Notes: generated by a model from the letters alone, not told the origin. Shown: positions 1 through 10,327, counted from the stretch's first letter. The stretch: DNA of 32,696 nt from Eubacteriales bacterium (GCA_045643765.1 JAZRFS010000153.1:1-32696); one strand, 5' to 3'. Numbers and translations: made by a program.

Positions 1-1595
1 ATCTCGGCGCGCTCGTCGGGGGTAAGCTCTGCGCCGCAAAGGAATGCCTTCATCGGGTAATCGCTGCTCCAATCCTGACAGATGTAGGCGGGTCTGTCGC
101 CAAGCAGAGGGAAATTGGCGGGCGCGGTGCCCACAAAGGGCTGACCGCACGCGGCAAGCGCCTCGCGCTCGGCTTCCGAGAGCAGATCGTAGTTGGGCAC
201 AAAGAGCGTGCCCTTGAAGGTGGAAAGATGCTCACAGCGCAAGGCACCCGCAAGGGGCGTGCCCGCGCGGAAAATTTCAAAGGATTGCTTGTGCGCGCTG
301 GTGCGGCGCGTTTCGATATAGGTGGCAAGCATACGCTCGTGCGCCGTGTCCGACCAAAGCATCATCGGGGAGTGGGGTGCCGTGACCTCACCGGAAAAGC
401 CGATCTCGGCACGGTTCGTAAGGGTCGACCACTCGCGCGCGGTAAGCCCGTCACCAAGGCAGAAGAAAAGTCCGTCCGTGGCGCGCTCACAGCCGTTCTC
501 GCCGCCACCCACAAGGGCGGTGGTGGTGTAAATGTCGCGCTCCAGGCGCACGGGGGCGTGGGCAAGGATGCTCCATTCCTCGGCGGCATCCTGTACGCCC
601 ACCATCGAAAGAATGCCGTGCGCCTCACCCAGTTGGGCACGCAGAAGCGGCAGATCCATGTGCATACGGTGGAAATAATAGGGGAAGGCGGGGTTTTCAA
701 AATTGACGCTGGAGGGCAGAATGTTCGCGGTGATCACGTCCACGCCCGCGTCCATCACGCGGCGCGTGTCAAAGCCGTAGACGTAGCGCGTTTCAAAGGG
801 ATCCGAGCAATACATACCAAGGATCCAGACCTGCTTGCCGATGGCGTGCACCGCGGCGCAGACCTTGCGGAAAAACTCAGCCCAGCGCCACTCCCAGAAC
901 GAGATCCATTCTGTGCGGCGCTCTCCCCAAAGAAAGGCTTGGCGGGCGCTTGCGGCGGCGGGGGTGTCGTCCCCCATCGTGTCGGCGATATTTTGCGGCA
1001 GAACTACACCCGTGTGGGCGGTAAATTGCTCCACCATATCGGTGGAATAGTCGGATTTATACAGATGTGCCGAGGGGCAGAAGGCGTCCGAGAGGTGAAT
1101 GCCGGCAAGATCGTAGTCGGTGAGCACCTGTACGAGCTTTTCTGTGAAAAAGTCCTCGTAATACGTGCCGTCCGCGAAGCGCTTGAGGCACATCAGCTCG
1201 CGCGGTCCGCGGATCGAGGTGGCGCGCAGCTCTTCGTGGTGCGAGAGCCACTCGTCGTGGTACATATTTTCCACGTACGCGCCCATGATGCCGGCATACA
1301 GCCCCACACCGCGCGATTTGAGCGCGGCGGCAAGCTTGCGCAGATCATAGTTCGTCCAATCCTGGCGCGCGCGCTCGGTGTTGCGCGGGATCGCGCGGTA
1401 GGCACAGTTGTCGGGGAAGAGCTTGTACTCCTTGTCCATACCGCGGTGCAGATGCACGAAGTCGGGGTGGAACAAGAGCGCACAGATATTGTCGGGAATA
1501 ACGCCTGCTTGCTCAAAGAAGCGCGCGGCGCCGCAGTCGGGATCGTTTTTTTCAAACCCGAGCAGCTGCATCCATACGTTGATACTCTTTTTCAC
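1..1595 (-). CDS. Uncharacterised glycoside-hydrolase-like (putative TIM-barrel) protein, 3' end beyond window; paralog of 28705..30609
   Basis: Not in ORF track (runs off edge). GTG at 1593-1595 with GGAGG at 1605-1609. Hand translation of several segments: MKKSINVWMQLLGFEKNDPDCG...RARQDWTNYDLRKL...YDLAGIHLSD...DPFETRYVYGFD...DAAEEWSILAHAP; same frame open at position 1. Aligns by eye with the 28705 protein. Confidence 0.85.
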   Translation of the reverse strand, partial: MKKSINVWMQLLGFEKNDPDCGAARFFEQAGVIPDNICALLFHPDFVHLHRGMDKEYKLFPDNCAYRAIPRNTERARQDWTNYDLRKLAAALKSRGVGLYAGIMGAYVENMYHDEWLSHHEELRATSIRGPRELMCLKRFADGTYYEDFFTEKLVQVLTDYDLAGIHLSDAFCPSAHLYKSDYSTDMVEQFTAHTGVVLPQNIADTMGDDTPAAASARQAFLWGERRTEWISFWEWRWAEFFRKVCAAVHAIGKQVWILGMYCSDPFETRYVYGFDTRRVMDAGVDVITANILPSSVNFENPAFPYYFHRMHMDLPLLRAQLGEAHGILSMVGVQDAAEEWSILAHAPVRLERDIYTTTALVGGGENGCERATDGLFFCLGDGLTAREWSTLTNRAEIGFSGEVTAPHSPMMLWSDTAHERMLATYIETRRTSAHKQSFEIFRAGTPLAGALRCEHLSTFKGTLFVPNYDLLSEAEREALAACGQPFVGTAPANFPLLGDRPAYICQDWSSDYPMKAFLCGAELTPDERAE

Positions 1596-1644
1596 GGAAT
1601 TTGCCCTCCGTTTCTTAATTTAGCCCCCAAATGGGGCGGATTTA

Positions 1645-3609
1645 TCAGGTTTCGGGGATATTCGACATGCCGCCCGAGCGCACGTAGAAATAGCGTGCGG
1701 CGTACGCGCAACCGACGTTGAAATGGTCGTAGCAGGTCTGGAAATAGACCTCGCGCTTGCCGTATTCGCGGAAGAAGGGCTCGAACAAAAGGGCGGCCTC
1801 GCGGCGCTTGCCCTTAGAGGCAAGGGCGATGGGCTCGGCGATGCCGATCAGGAAATCAAGGTAGAAGTCCAGCAATCGCATCGAAACCGTCTGCGCGCGA
1901 TAGGGCATATTCTTGTGCGCTGCAAGGAAGGGCTTGAACGTGGCGGCGAAGCGACCAAGCTCGCGCACCTTTTGTGTCATTTCGGGGTTGTAAAGGCGGT
2001 GGAAGTCCTTGTCCTTGGACATCTTGCCTGCAAGGTACGCCTGCGGCACGATCTCGCCAAGCTTCACAAGGAAGTCCTGCACCTCACGCCAGTCCTCGCC
2101 GTAAGCGTGGCGGCAATAGTCCTCTACCAGCTCGTCAAAGTTGACGTTCACGTCGAAAAGGGTTGCCGCGTAGGCGTAGAAGGGCAGACCGTGCGGCCAG
2201 TAGGAGCGCTGGCTGCCGTCCTGAATGATGCCGTGGAAGCCGTGGGCGTAGTAGCCCTTGACGTCCTCGTGCAGAATGCGCGCGTAGCCCACGTTGCCGG
2301 GGTTGTAGTACTGATTGTGGCAGAAATGGTACTCGTAAAGGAAGGTGTTGACGTTGTACTGCTTCATCGAGGATTTTGCATAAGGAATATACTCGTCAAT
2401 GTCCAGCGGCAGTGTGATGTTGTTGTGCACAAACGGCACGTAGGGGAACTCCACGTCGTTGGGGTTCACCGAGCGGTGATACACGCGCGTGATGGGCGCG
2501 AAAAGCATCGTGAAGCGGTCGGGGTTTTGAATGTTCACCGTCTCCGACTTCCAGATCGTTTCGTAGTAGCAGATGAACACGATACGGGTGTTCAGCTTGC
2601 GGCGCGTCAGCTCCTCGTCGATCTCGTTCATCAGCATGATGTACCAGTCGGTCACGATCTTCTTGCGGCACTCCTCGCACTCGCAGTGGTTGTTGTAGAA
2701 GTCGGCAAGCCAGATGTGTAGATAGTCCACGTTGGTGTTCAGCTCGGAGTAGTCCGCCACGCTTTGCACCCACAGACGGCGCGTTTCGGGGTTGGACATA
2801 CACACGTTGGTATTCAGCGGCACGCCGTGGAAGAGCTGGCGCTCACCGTTCAGCATCGCCAGGTGCTGATAGGCCTCGGCAGGAATGCTTTCCTTGTCGC
2901 TTGCCACCCAGCCGAGCGAGGAGTTGATGCCGTAGGGCTCGGCGGTCCAGCCGTGACCCATATCGTGGTACTGCAAGCCGCGCTTACTGATCTCGCTTTC
3001 GCACTGGCGCTTCCACTGCAGCACGGTTTCCTCGCTGACGGGCTCGGGCTCGCGGTTGTCGTTGAACTTGTGGTTGTAGTAGTTGTCGTAGTACGCCTTG
3101 GGGTTGTCGAACTCCTGCATGAAGATGTTCATGCCGATCTTGGGCGTGAAGTCGATCGCCTCCATCATCTGCTGCTGATACTCGCCGCCCTCGTTGCACT
3201 GTCCGCGGTAGCGCATATCCGCCATCTTGTGATACTCGGTCGCCTCAATGTTCTTGGTGGGAATGAACTCGCCGTCCACACCGGGGAACAGCCATCGACA
3301 GCCGTTCATCGTGAGGTAACGGTACACGGCAAGCAGTACCGAACGGGGGTTGGAGCCGGCGATCACGCCGTTGCCGTTCTCGTCCACGTCGATGTGCAGA
3401 ATGTCGTCCAGCTCCAGGTCCTTTGCCTCGCTTGTGTCAAGGCAGAAGTCGGACATAAGCCCGAGGCAAAAGCCCTCGGTCGCGGTGGGGTCGAACTTGA
3501 TGCCGATCTCGCCGCAACGGGGCATCATCATGCGAAGATACTTTTTGAGTTCCTCGGCGGCAAAGTCTACAACGTGGTTGGAGGTGATTTTATTGATTTG
3601 ATACTTCAT
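1645..3609 (-). CDS. DUF4838-type glycoside-hydrolase-like protein, copy 1 (654 aa)
   Basis: ATG at 3609 (MKYQINKI) with AGGAG at 3616-3620. Motifs DFAAEELKKYL, GSNPRSVL, GCRWLFPG, HDMGHGW, CMSNP, HIWLAD, CECxxC, YEYHF are shared with six tandem paralogs; no signal peptide. Confidence 0.8.
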   Translation of the reverse strand: MKYQINKITSNHVVDFAAEELKKYLRMMMPRCGEIGIKFDPTATEGFCLGLMSDFCLDTSEAKDLELDDILHIDVDENGNGVIAGSNPRSVLLAVYRYLTMNGCRWLFPGVDGEFIPTKNIEATEYHKMADMRYRGQCNEGGEYQQQMMEAIDFTPKIGMNIFMQEFDNPKAYYDNYYNHKFNDNREPEPVSEETVLQWKRQCESEISKRGLQYHDMGHGWTAEPYGINSSLGWVASDKESIPAEAYQHLAMLNGERQLFHGVPLNTNVCMSNPETRRLWVQSVADYSELNTNVDYLHIWLADFYNNHCECEECRKKIVTDWYIMLMNEIDEELTRRKLNTRIVFICYYETIWKSETVNIQNPDRFTMLFAPITRVYHRSVNPNDVEFPYVPFVHNNITLPLDIDEYIPYAKSSMKQYNVNTFLYEYHFCHNQYYNPGNVGYARILHEDVKGYYAHGFHGIIQDGSQRSYWPHGLPFYAYAATLFDVNVNFDELVEDYCRHAYGEDWREVQDFLVKLGEIVPQAYLAGKMSKDKDFHRLYNPEMTQKVRELGRFAATFKPFLAAHKNMPYRAQTVSMRLLDFYLDFLIGIAEPIALASKGKRREAALLFEPFFREYGKREVYFQTCYDHFNVGCAYAARYFYVRSGGMSNIPET

Positions 3610-3631
3610 AACGTTCTCCTTATGTGTGTTC

Positions 3632-3825
3632 GTGGGGGTGCTTTTGGGAAAGCACCCCCACACCCCCGCAAAACCCTTTAAGGGTTTTATGGGTGAGTGC
3701 AATCAATGTGAATAGAGGCATAGTATGCTCGCAAACAATGCGGCTGCTGTTATTCCTTTTTGTTCAAAAAGTTTTGAGGGGGTCATAGGGGGAACTTTTT
3801 TAAAAGTTCCCCCTAACGCGTCCCC
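3632..3825. repeat. Family A palindromic doublet (REP/REPIN-like)
   Basis: Perfect hairpins 3632-3661 (13 bp) and 3786-3815 (14 bp), palindrome AAAACCCTT-T-AAGGGTTTT 3670-3688, core GCAAACAATGCGGCT 3731-3745; ends at stop codon 3826. Confidence 0.9.
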
Positions 3826-5859
3826 TTACGCGTTCGGGATGCCGCCGACGGTGTCGGTGTCCGGTATGCCGCCGACGGTCGCGCTGTTGTGTACCGTCTT
3901 GGGGTTTTCGGGGATCTGGTCGCGGCTCACGTAGAAATTCTTGTCACCGAAGATGTAGGAGATGTTCACGTAGTCGCAATACAGCTCAAACTCTGTTTCG
4001 GTCTTGATAAACTCGTCATAGGCATCGTGATAGGCGATCGCGGCACCGCGAATGTCCTCGCCCGTGGACGCCATGATAAGGGACTTGGATACGTTTTCCC
4101 AGAAGTCGATGTAGTTCAGCAACAGCTTCACGCATACCGTCTGGGGGCGTTTTTCGCGGTTGCGGTGTTCCTCAAGGAACGGGCGGAAGGCGCGGATCTT
4201 TTCGGGGATCTTGCAAAGCCCCTCGGTAAACGCGGGGTTGTAAAGGCGGCTGATCGTTTTGTCGATGCGCTCCTTGCCGTGCAGATACTTCATCGTGACG
4301 CACTTGCCAAGATCCTTCATAAAGTCGACCACCTCGCGCCAGATGTCGCCAAAGGCGTGGCGGTAGTAGTCCTCCACCATCGCGTCAAAGTCGGCGGCAT
4401 CGTCAAACAGCGTTTCCGCGTACACAAACAGATGGAAGCCATTGGGCCAGAAGTTGCGCTGGGTGCCGTCCTCGATGATGCCCTGGTACCCGTGGTGGCG
4501 GTACGCCTTGACGTCCTCGTGAATGAGGCGCGCGTAGTCCATATTGCCGGGGTTGGCATACTGGTTGGAGCAGAAGTGATACTCGTAAAGGAAGGAGGGC
4601 ACGCGGTATTGCTCGCGGCTCTCGGTCGCGTAGAGCAGATACTCGTCCACGGTGTCGGGGAAGCGCAGATCGTTGAGCTTATAGGTCATCTTCTCAAACT
4701 GCTTTGGCACAAGCGGTACGCACTCGTAATACTGGCGCGTGATGGGCGCGAAGAGCATCGAGAAGCGATCCGGCTTTTCCAGCTTGATGTCTTTGGCAGG
4801 GAAAATGGTCTCCGTGTAGCAGATAAACACGATACGGGTGGGCAAATTCCGCGCCGTCAGCTCCGTGTCAATGTCGTTCATCAGCGCGATGTACCAGTCG
4901 GACGGGAGCTTCGTGCGGCAGACCTCGCACTCGCACTGGTTGTTCCAGAAGTCGGCAAGCCACACGTGCAGAAAGTCCACGTTCTGATGATTTTCGGCAT
5001 AATCCGCGACCGAGCGCGCCACGATCTTGCGTGCCTCGGGGTTGGACATACAGAACTGTGTCACCAGCGGAGAGCCCTTGTAAAATCCGCGGCGGCCGTT
5101 CACCTCGGCAAGGTACTGGCGCGCACCCTCGGGAATGATGCTCTCGTCGCGCTCCGCCCAGCCCTCCGAGCTGTCGATGCCGAAGGGATTTGCCGTCCAA
5201 CCGTGTCCCACGTCGTGGAATTGAAGTCCGCGCTTTTCCAGCTCGCACTCGCACGCGCGCTTCCATTGGAGCGTGGTGTCCGCGTCGATCGGCTCGGGCA
5301 GGCGCGCGCCGGCGGTCTTCCAGCGGTCGTAGTAGCAGTTGTAGTACGCCTTGGGATTGACAAACTCGGTCATAAACACGTTCATGCCGAGCTTGGGCAC
5401 CAAGTCGATGGCGGCCAGCATGCTTTGCTGGAACTCCGCGCCCTCGTTACACCAACCGCGCACGCGGTTGTCTGCCATTTTTCGATACCGTACAGGGGTT
5501 AAATCGCAAACGGGGATATATTCGCCGTCCACGCCGGGCAGCAGCCAGCGGCAGCCCATCTCGCGCAGATAGCGGTAAGCGGCAAGCAGCACCGAGCGAG
5601 GGTTGGAGCCTGCGATGATGCCGCACGCGTTTTCGTCAACGTCAATGTAAAGGATATCGTCCAGAGTGAGGTCGGCGGCGTCGCTTGTGTCAAGCCCGAA
5701 TTCGGACATCAGCCCCCAGCACAGACCGTCCCTTTGATCCTTTTCGTACCCGATGCGGATGTTGCCCGCCTCGGGGCGCATCATGCGCAGATACTTTTTC
5801 AGTTCCTCGGCGGCGAAGTCCACCACCGTATGGGGGGTAATTTTATAAATTTGATACAT
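3826..5859 (-). CDS. DUF4838-type protein, copy 2
   Basis: Start set at ATG 5859 (MYQIYKI) by homology to paralog N-termini; same conserved motifs; duplicated TVGGIP tail. Confidence 0.8.
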   Translation of the reverse strand: MYQIYKITPHTVVDFAAEELKKYLRMMRPEAGNIRIGYEKDQRDGLCWGLMSEFGLDTSDAADLTLDDILYIDVDENACGIIAGSNPRSVLLAAYRYLREMGCRWLLPGVDGEYIPVCDLTPVRYRKMADNRVRGWCNEGAEFQQSMLAAIDLVPKLGMNVFMTEFVNPKAYYNCYYDRWKTAGARLPEPIDADTTLQWKRACECELEKRGLQFHDVGHGWTANPFGIDSSEGWAERDESIIPEGARQYLAEVNGRRGFYKGSPLVTQFCMSNPEARKIVARSVADYAENHQNVDFLHVWLADFWNNQCECEVCRTKLPSDWYIALMNDIDTELTARNLPTRIVFICYTETIFPAKDIKLEKPDRFSMLFAPITRQYYECVPLVPKQFEKMTYKLNDLRFPDTVDEYLLYATESREQYRVPSFLYEYHFCSNQYANPGNMDYARLIHEDVKAYRHHGYQGIIEDGTQRNFWPNGFHLFVYAETLFDDAADFDAMVEDYYRHAFGDIWREVVDFMKDLGKCVTMKYLHGKERIDKTISRLYNPAFTEGLCKIPEKIRAFRPFLEEHRNREKRPQTVCVKLLLNYIDFWENVSKSLIMASTGEDIRGAAIAYHDAYDEFIKTETEFELYCDYVNISYIFGDKNFYVSRDQIPENPKTVHNSATVGGIPDTDTVGGIPNA

Positions 5860-5869
5860 AGTGGGTGTC

Positions 5870-6048
5870 GTGAGGGAACTTTTCAGGAAAAGTTCCCTCA
5901 CACTCCTTTAAAAACTTTTAAACAATTTTAAGGTGTTACGATATTTTTCCGCTAACAACGCGGCTTCGCACCATTTCTTTTTTTGTAAAGGATTTTGAAA
6001 GGGGTTATAGGGGAAAACTTTGCAAAGTTTTCCCCTAACGCCTTCCCC
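5870..6048. repeat. Family A palindromic doublet
   Basis: Hairpins 5870-5901 (14 bp) and 6008-6037 (perfect palindrome); core GCTAACAACGCGGCT 5951-5965; abuts stop at 6049. Confidence 0.9.
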
Positions 6049-8055
6049 TTACTCGTTCGCGGTGGTGACGTCGCCGTCGTCGGTGTCGGCGGCGGTCTGT
6101 GCTTCGCTGCCGGGGAGGTTTGCCTCAGGCTTGTTAAACACGCCAAAGCTCCATGCCTGACCGCACATTGCCTGGTCGTACCAAAGCTCGATCTCGCACT
6201 CTTTCTTGCCGAACTCTGCCATAAACGCTTCGTACACGCGCTTTGCCTCGGCACCTGCGCCGTGCGCCTTGAGGATCAGGGCATCTGTGATGCCGTCCAC
6301 GTACTCGGTGTAGTAGCGCAGCAGCTTGTGCGCCACGGTCTGCGCGCGATAGGGCATCACACGGTGCGCCTCGATGAAGGGCGCGAACGCCTTGTTGATC
6401 TCCTTCACGGCGCGCATCGCCTCTCCCTTGGCGGGGTTGTAGCGCTTGGCCACGTTCATATCGGCGGAGCGCTTGCCCTGCACGAAGTAGGGATCGACCG
6501 CGCGGCCGATCTTCTGCATATAGTCAAGCACCTCGCGCCAGTCGGCACCGTAGGCGTGGGAGTAATAGTCCTCCAACAGCGCCTCAAAGGTAAGGGAGGT
6601 GTCAAATTGCAGCTGACCGTAGATAAAGAAGGGGAAGCCGTTGGGGAAGAAGGAGCGCTGCGAGCAGTCGTTAATCAGGCCCTGGAAGCCGTGCTTGCGG
6701 TAGTTCACGATGTCGGTCCAGACCTGCTTTGCGAAGGTCATCTGCCCCATATCGTAGTACTGGTGCATGTAGAAATGATACTCGTAAAGCATCATGCCCG
6801 CGTCGCACTGCTTTTTCCATTCGTTTGCGTGGTGAATGTATTGATGCACGTCGGTAAAGCTCTTGTTTTGATTGCGCTTGTAGGTGTTCAGCTCGACCTT
6901 CTCGGGCATCGGGTATTGCACGGGCTGGGTGTAATCACGGGAAATGGGGGCGGACATCAGCGTGAAGCGGCGCGGATTGTTCAGCTTTTCCGTGTCGGGC
7001 GCCCAGGTGGTGTCCACGTAGGAGATCAGCACCACACGCGTGTCAAGTCCTGCCGCCGTCAGCTCCTCGTCAATGTCGTTCATCACCATCACGTAGTAGT
7101 CGGAGGGGGATTTTTTCACGCACTCCTCGCACTCGCAGTGGTTGTTCCAGTAGTCCGCCAGCCACACGTGCAGATAGTCCACGTTGCGGTGTCCCTCGGC
7201 ATATTTTGCCACCGCCTTTGCCATGATGCGGCGTGCCTCGGGGTTGGACATGCAGATGTTGGTGGCAAGGGGCTTGCCGCGGAACAGCTCGCGCTTGCCG
7301 TTGATCTGTGCCATATACTGACGGGACGCCTCGGGCAGGAGAGATTGATCCGAGCCACCCCACGCGCAGGCGGAGTTGATGCCAAACGGATCGGCGCACC
7401 AGCCGTGTCCCATATCGTGGAACTGCAGGCCGCGCTTGCTGATCTCCGCCTCGCATTGGCGCTTGTATTGGAGTGCGGTCTGCTCGTTGATCGGCTCCGG
7501 CTCGCGCGCAGGATTGTGCGCGTGGTCGTGGTACTTGTCATAGTAGCCCTTGGGGTTGAAGAACTCCATCATAAAGATGTTCAGACCGATCTTGGGCGTG
7601 AAGTCGATCGCCTCCATCATGTCGCGCTGGAACTCCGCGCCCTCGTTGCACTGGCCGCGGTAGCGCATGTCCGCCATCTTGTGGTACTTCACGGGGACAA
7701 CGTCCTGCATCGGGATGTACTCGCCATCCACGCCGGGGAAGAGCCAGCGACAGCCGTTCTCCTGCAGATAACGGTAGACCGCAAGCAGCACCGAGCGCGC
7801 GTTCGAGCCGGCGATGATGCCGCCCTCTTTGTCCGTGTCGATGTGGACGATGTCGTCCAGCACGAGGTCGTCGGCTTCCGAGGTGTCAAGCCCGAAGTCG
7901 GACATCAAACCAAGGCGAAAGCCCTCGGTCGCCGCAGGATCGCGGGTGATGAAGATCTCGCCGCACTCCGGCATCATCATTCTTAAATATTTTTTCAGCT
8001 CCTCGGCGGCAAAGTCCACCGTCGGGTGAGATGTTATTTTCTTGATTGAATACAT
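6049..8055 (-). CDS. DUF4838-type protein, copy 3
   Basis: ATG 8055 (MYSIKKI) by paralog homology; all family motifs present. Confidence 0.8.
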   Translation of the reverse strand: MYSIKKITSHPTVDFAAEELKKYLRMMMPECGEIFITRDPAATEGFRLGLMSDFGLDTSEADDLVLDDIVHIDTDKEGGIIAGSNARSVLLAVYRYLQENGCRWLFPGVDGEYIPMQDVVPVKYHKMADMRYRGQCNEGAEFQRDMMEAIDFTPKIGLNIFMMEFFNPKGYYDKYHDHAHNPAREPEPINEQTALQYKRQCEAEISKRGLQFHDMGHGWCADPFGINSACAWGGSDQSLLPEASRQYMAQINGKRELFRGKPLATNICMSNPEARRIMAKAVAKYAEGHRNVDYLHVWLADYWNNHCECEECVKKSPSDYYVMVMNDIDEELTAAGLDTRVVLISYVDTTWAPDTEKLNNPRRFTLMSAPISRDYTQPVQYPMPEKVELNTYKRNQNKSFTDVHQYIHHANEWKKQCDAGMMLYEYHFYMHQYYDMGQMTFAKQVWTDIVNYRKHGFQGLINDCSQRSFFPNGFPFFIYGQLQFDTSLTFEALLEDYYSHAYGADWREVLDYMQKIGRAVDPYFVQGKRSADMNVAKRYNPAKGEAMRAVKEINKAFAPFIEAHRVMPYRAQTVAHKLLRYYTEYVDGITDALILKAHGAGAEAKRVYEAFMAEFGKKECEIELWYDQAMCGQAWSFGVFNKPEANLPGSEAQTAADTDDGDVTTANE

Positions 8056-8067
8056 TTGGATTGGTTG

Positions 8068-8289
8068 GCGGGGAAAACATTTTTTCAAAATTGTTTTCCC
8101 CGCACCCCTTTCAAAAAATCTTTGGGTATTTTATGGGTGTGTTATTTTAGTTTGTGCGCTGTGGGGAAGTGTATCGCAGATGCGGCACAATGCCATTTCC
8201 GCTATCAATGCGGCTGTGGAAAACCTTTTTGTGTAAAGTTTTTGGGGGTGTGGGGGCTTTTTTCAAAAAGCCCCCACATATCGTCCCCC
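8068..8289. repeat. Family A palindromic doublet
   Basis: Hairpins 8068-8103 and 8249-8278 (14 bp); GGCACAATGCC mini-hairpin plus core GCTATCAATGCGGCT within 8184-8215; abuts stop at 8290. Confidence 0.9.
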
Positions 8290-10251
8290 TTAGTTCTCCA
8301 CTGTGGGGACGGTCATTTCCTGAGAGGCAAAGACCTTATGCTCGAAGGCATAGTACATCATCCACTGGTCGTAGCAGGTTTCGATCTCGCACTCGTGGCG
8401 GCCGAACTCGGTTACGAATTCCTTCCACAGTTCCTTTGCCTCGGCACCCGCGCCAAAGCACTTCGGGATCAGGCACTTGGCAAGACCCACGCAGTACTCC
8501 ATGTAGTAGCGCAGGAGCTTGAACATCACGGTCTGTGCGCGGTAGGGCATCACGCGGTGTGCCTCCAGGAACGCCTTTGCCTCCTCGGCAATGGCAGGCA
8601 TCTTGCGGAATTCCTCGGCACAGGAGGGCGCGTAGCGCTTGTTGACCTTGAGGTCTGCGGAGCGGTGTCCCCAGAAGTAGCCGGGATCAAACGCGGTGCG
8701 GATCTTTTGGAAGATCTCCACAACGCCTTTCCAATCCTCGCCGTAGGCGTGGGAGAAGTAGTCCTCCATCAGCCACTCGTAGGTAAGGGAGGTGTCGAAC
8801 TGCAAAAGTCCGTAGATGTAGAAGGAGAAGCCGTTGGGCCAGAAGGGACGCTGCGAGCAGTCGTTAATCAGACCGTTCAGGCCGTGCTTTTTGTAGTTGA
8901 CAATGTCCTGATAGACCACCTTCGAGAAGTCGAGGGTGCTGGGATCAAAGTACTGGAATACGTAGAAGTGGTACTCGTAGAGCATCGCGGTGACGTTGCA
9001 CTGCTTTTGCCATTCCTGACCGACCTTGACGTACTGGTTCACGTCCTTGAACAGCTCGTTGTCGTTGCGCTTGTAGGCAGGATAGGTCACGTCCGAGATG
9101 TCCTCGCGCACGGGAACGGTGTAGTCGCGCGAGATAGGAGCGACCAGCAGCGAGAAGCGCTTGGGGTTGTCCAGCTTTGTCTCGATGGGCGGCCAGGAGG
9201 TGTCCACGTAGCAGATAAACACGATGCGCGTGTTCAGGCCCTTTTCTTCCAGCATCTTGTCCAGCTCGTTCATCATGATGACGTACCAGTCGGAGGGGAG
9301 CTTCTTCTGGCAGTTTTCGCACTCGCAATGGTTGTTCCAGCAGTCGGCAAGCCACACGTGCAGGAAGTCGACGTTCTGATGCTTTTCGGCGTAGTCCACG
9401 ATGGCGCGGTTCGAGATCTCGCGCGCCTTGGGGTTGGACATGCAGATGTTGGTGTCATAGATGCGCTGTCTGCCCTTGAACAGGCCGCGCTGACCGTCGG
9501 TGAGCGCGATATACTGCTGCATTTCCTCGGGGTAGTGGAGCGTCTTGTTGTCGTAGTCCTCGCGCGTCAGACCGAAGGGCTCGGCGGTCCAGCCGTGACC
9601 CATATCGTGGAATTGCAGACCTCTCTTGGAAATCTCTGCCTCGCACTGGCGCTTCCACTGTACGGTGGTGTGCAGCTCGGGGATCGGCTCGGGCTCGCGC
9701 GCAGGGTTGCCCGAATGGTTATAGTAGGAGTTATAGTAGGACTTCGGGTTGAAGAACTCGATCATGAACACGTTCATGTAGATCTTGGGCTGGAAGTCGA
9801 TGATCTCCATCATGTTGGGCTGGAATTCGGCACCCTCGTTGCACTGACCGCGGAAGCGGCAGTCTGCCATCTTGTGGTACTTGACCGCCACGATGTCCTG
9901 CATCGGGATAAACTCGCCGTCAATGCCGGGGAAGAGCCAGCGACAGCCGTTCTCCTGCAGATAGCGGTAGACCGCGAACAGCACGGAACGGGGGTTGGAG
10001 CCGGCAAGGATGCCGTTGCCGTTTTCGTCCACGTCCACGTGTACGATGTCGTCAAGCTCCACGTCAGCGGCTTCGCTCACGTCAAGCCCGAAGTCCTGCA
10101 TCAACCCCAGGCGCAAGCCCTCGGTGGCGTCAGGCGCGTACTTGATAAAGATCTCGCCTGCCTCGGGCATCATCATGCCCAGGTATTTTTTCAGTTCCTC
10201 GGCGGCGAAGTCCACCGTGGAGTTGGAGGTGATTTTGTTGATCTGGTACAT
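8290..10251 (-). CDS. DUF4838-type protein, copy 4 (653 aa)
   Basis: ORF track; AAAGGAG-AAAACACC-ATG start; family motifs. Confidence 0.82.
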   Translation of the reverse strand: MYQINKITSNSTVDFAAEELKKYLGMMMPEAGEIFIKYAPDATEGLRLGLMQDFGLDVSEAADVELDDIVHVDVDENGNGILAGSNPRSVLFAVYRYLQENGCRWLFPGIDGEFIPMQDIVAVKYHKMADCRFRGQCNEGAEFQPNMMEIIDFQPKIYMNVFMIEFFNPKSYYNSYYNHSGNPAREPEPIPELHTTVQWKRQCEAEISKRGLQFHDMGHGWTAEPFGLTREDYDNKTLHYPEEMQQYIALTDGQRGLFKGRQRIYDTNICMSNPKAREISNRAIVDYAEKHQNVDFLHVWLADCWNNHCECENCQKKLPSDWYVIMMNELDKMLEEKGLNTRIVFICYVDTSWPPIETKLDNPKRFSLLVAPISRDYTVPVREDISDVTYPAYKRNDNELFKDVNQYVKVGQEWQKQCNVTAMLYEYHFYVFQYFDPSTLDFSKVVYQDIVNYKKHGLNGLINDCSQRPFWPNGFSFYIYGLLQFDTSLTYEWLMEDYFSHAYGEDWKGVVEIFQKIRTAFDPGYFWGHRSADLKVNKRYAPSCAEEFRKMPAIAEEAKAFLEAHRVMPYRAQTVMFKLLRYYMEYCVGLAKCLIPKCFGAGAEAKELWKEFVTEFGRHECEIETCYDQWMMYYAFEHKVFASQEMTVPTVEN

Positions 10252-10327
10252 GGTGTTTTCTCCTTTGGGGATTTTGTGTGGGGGCGTCGCCCCCTACAGG
10301 GTTACACTTTGTTTGTTAGTCGCGGAT

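Noticed and set aside
1623-1637. GCCCC-CAAAT-GGGGC hairpin after DUF4838 copy 1
   Set aside because: Only 5 bp with no U-tract on the sense strand; too weak to call a terminator or a repeat copy.
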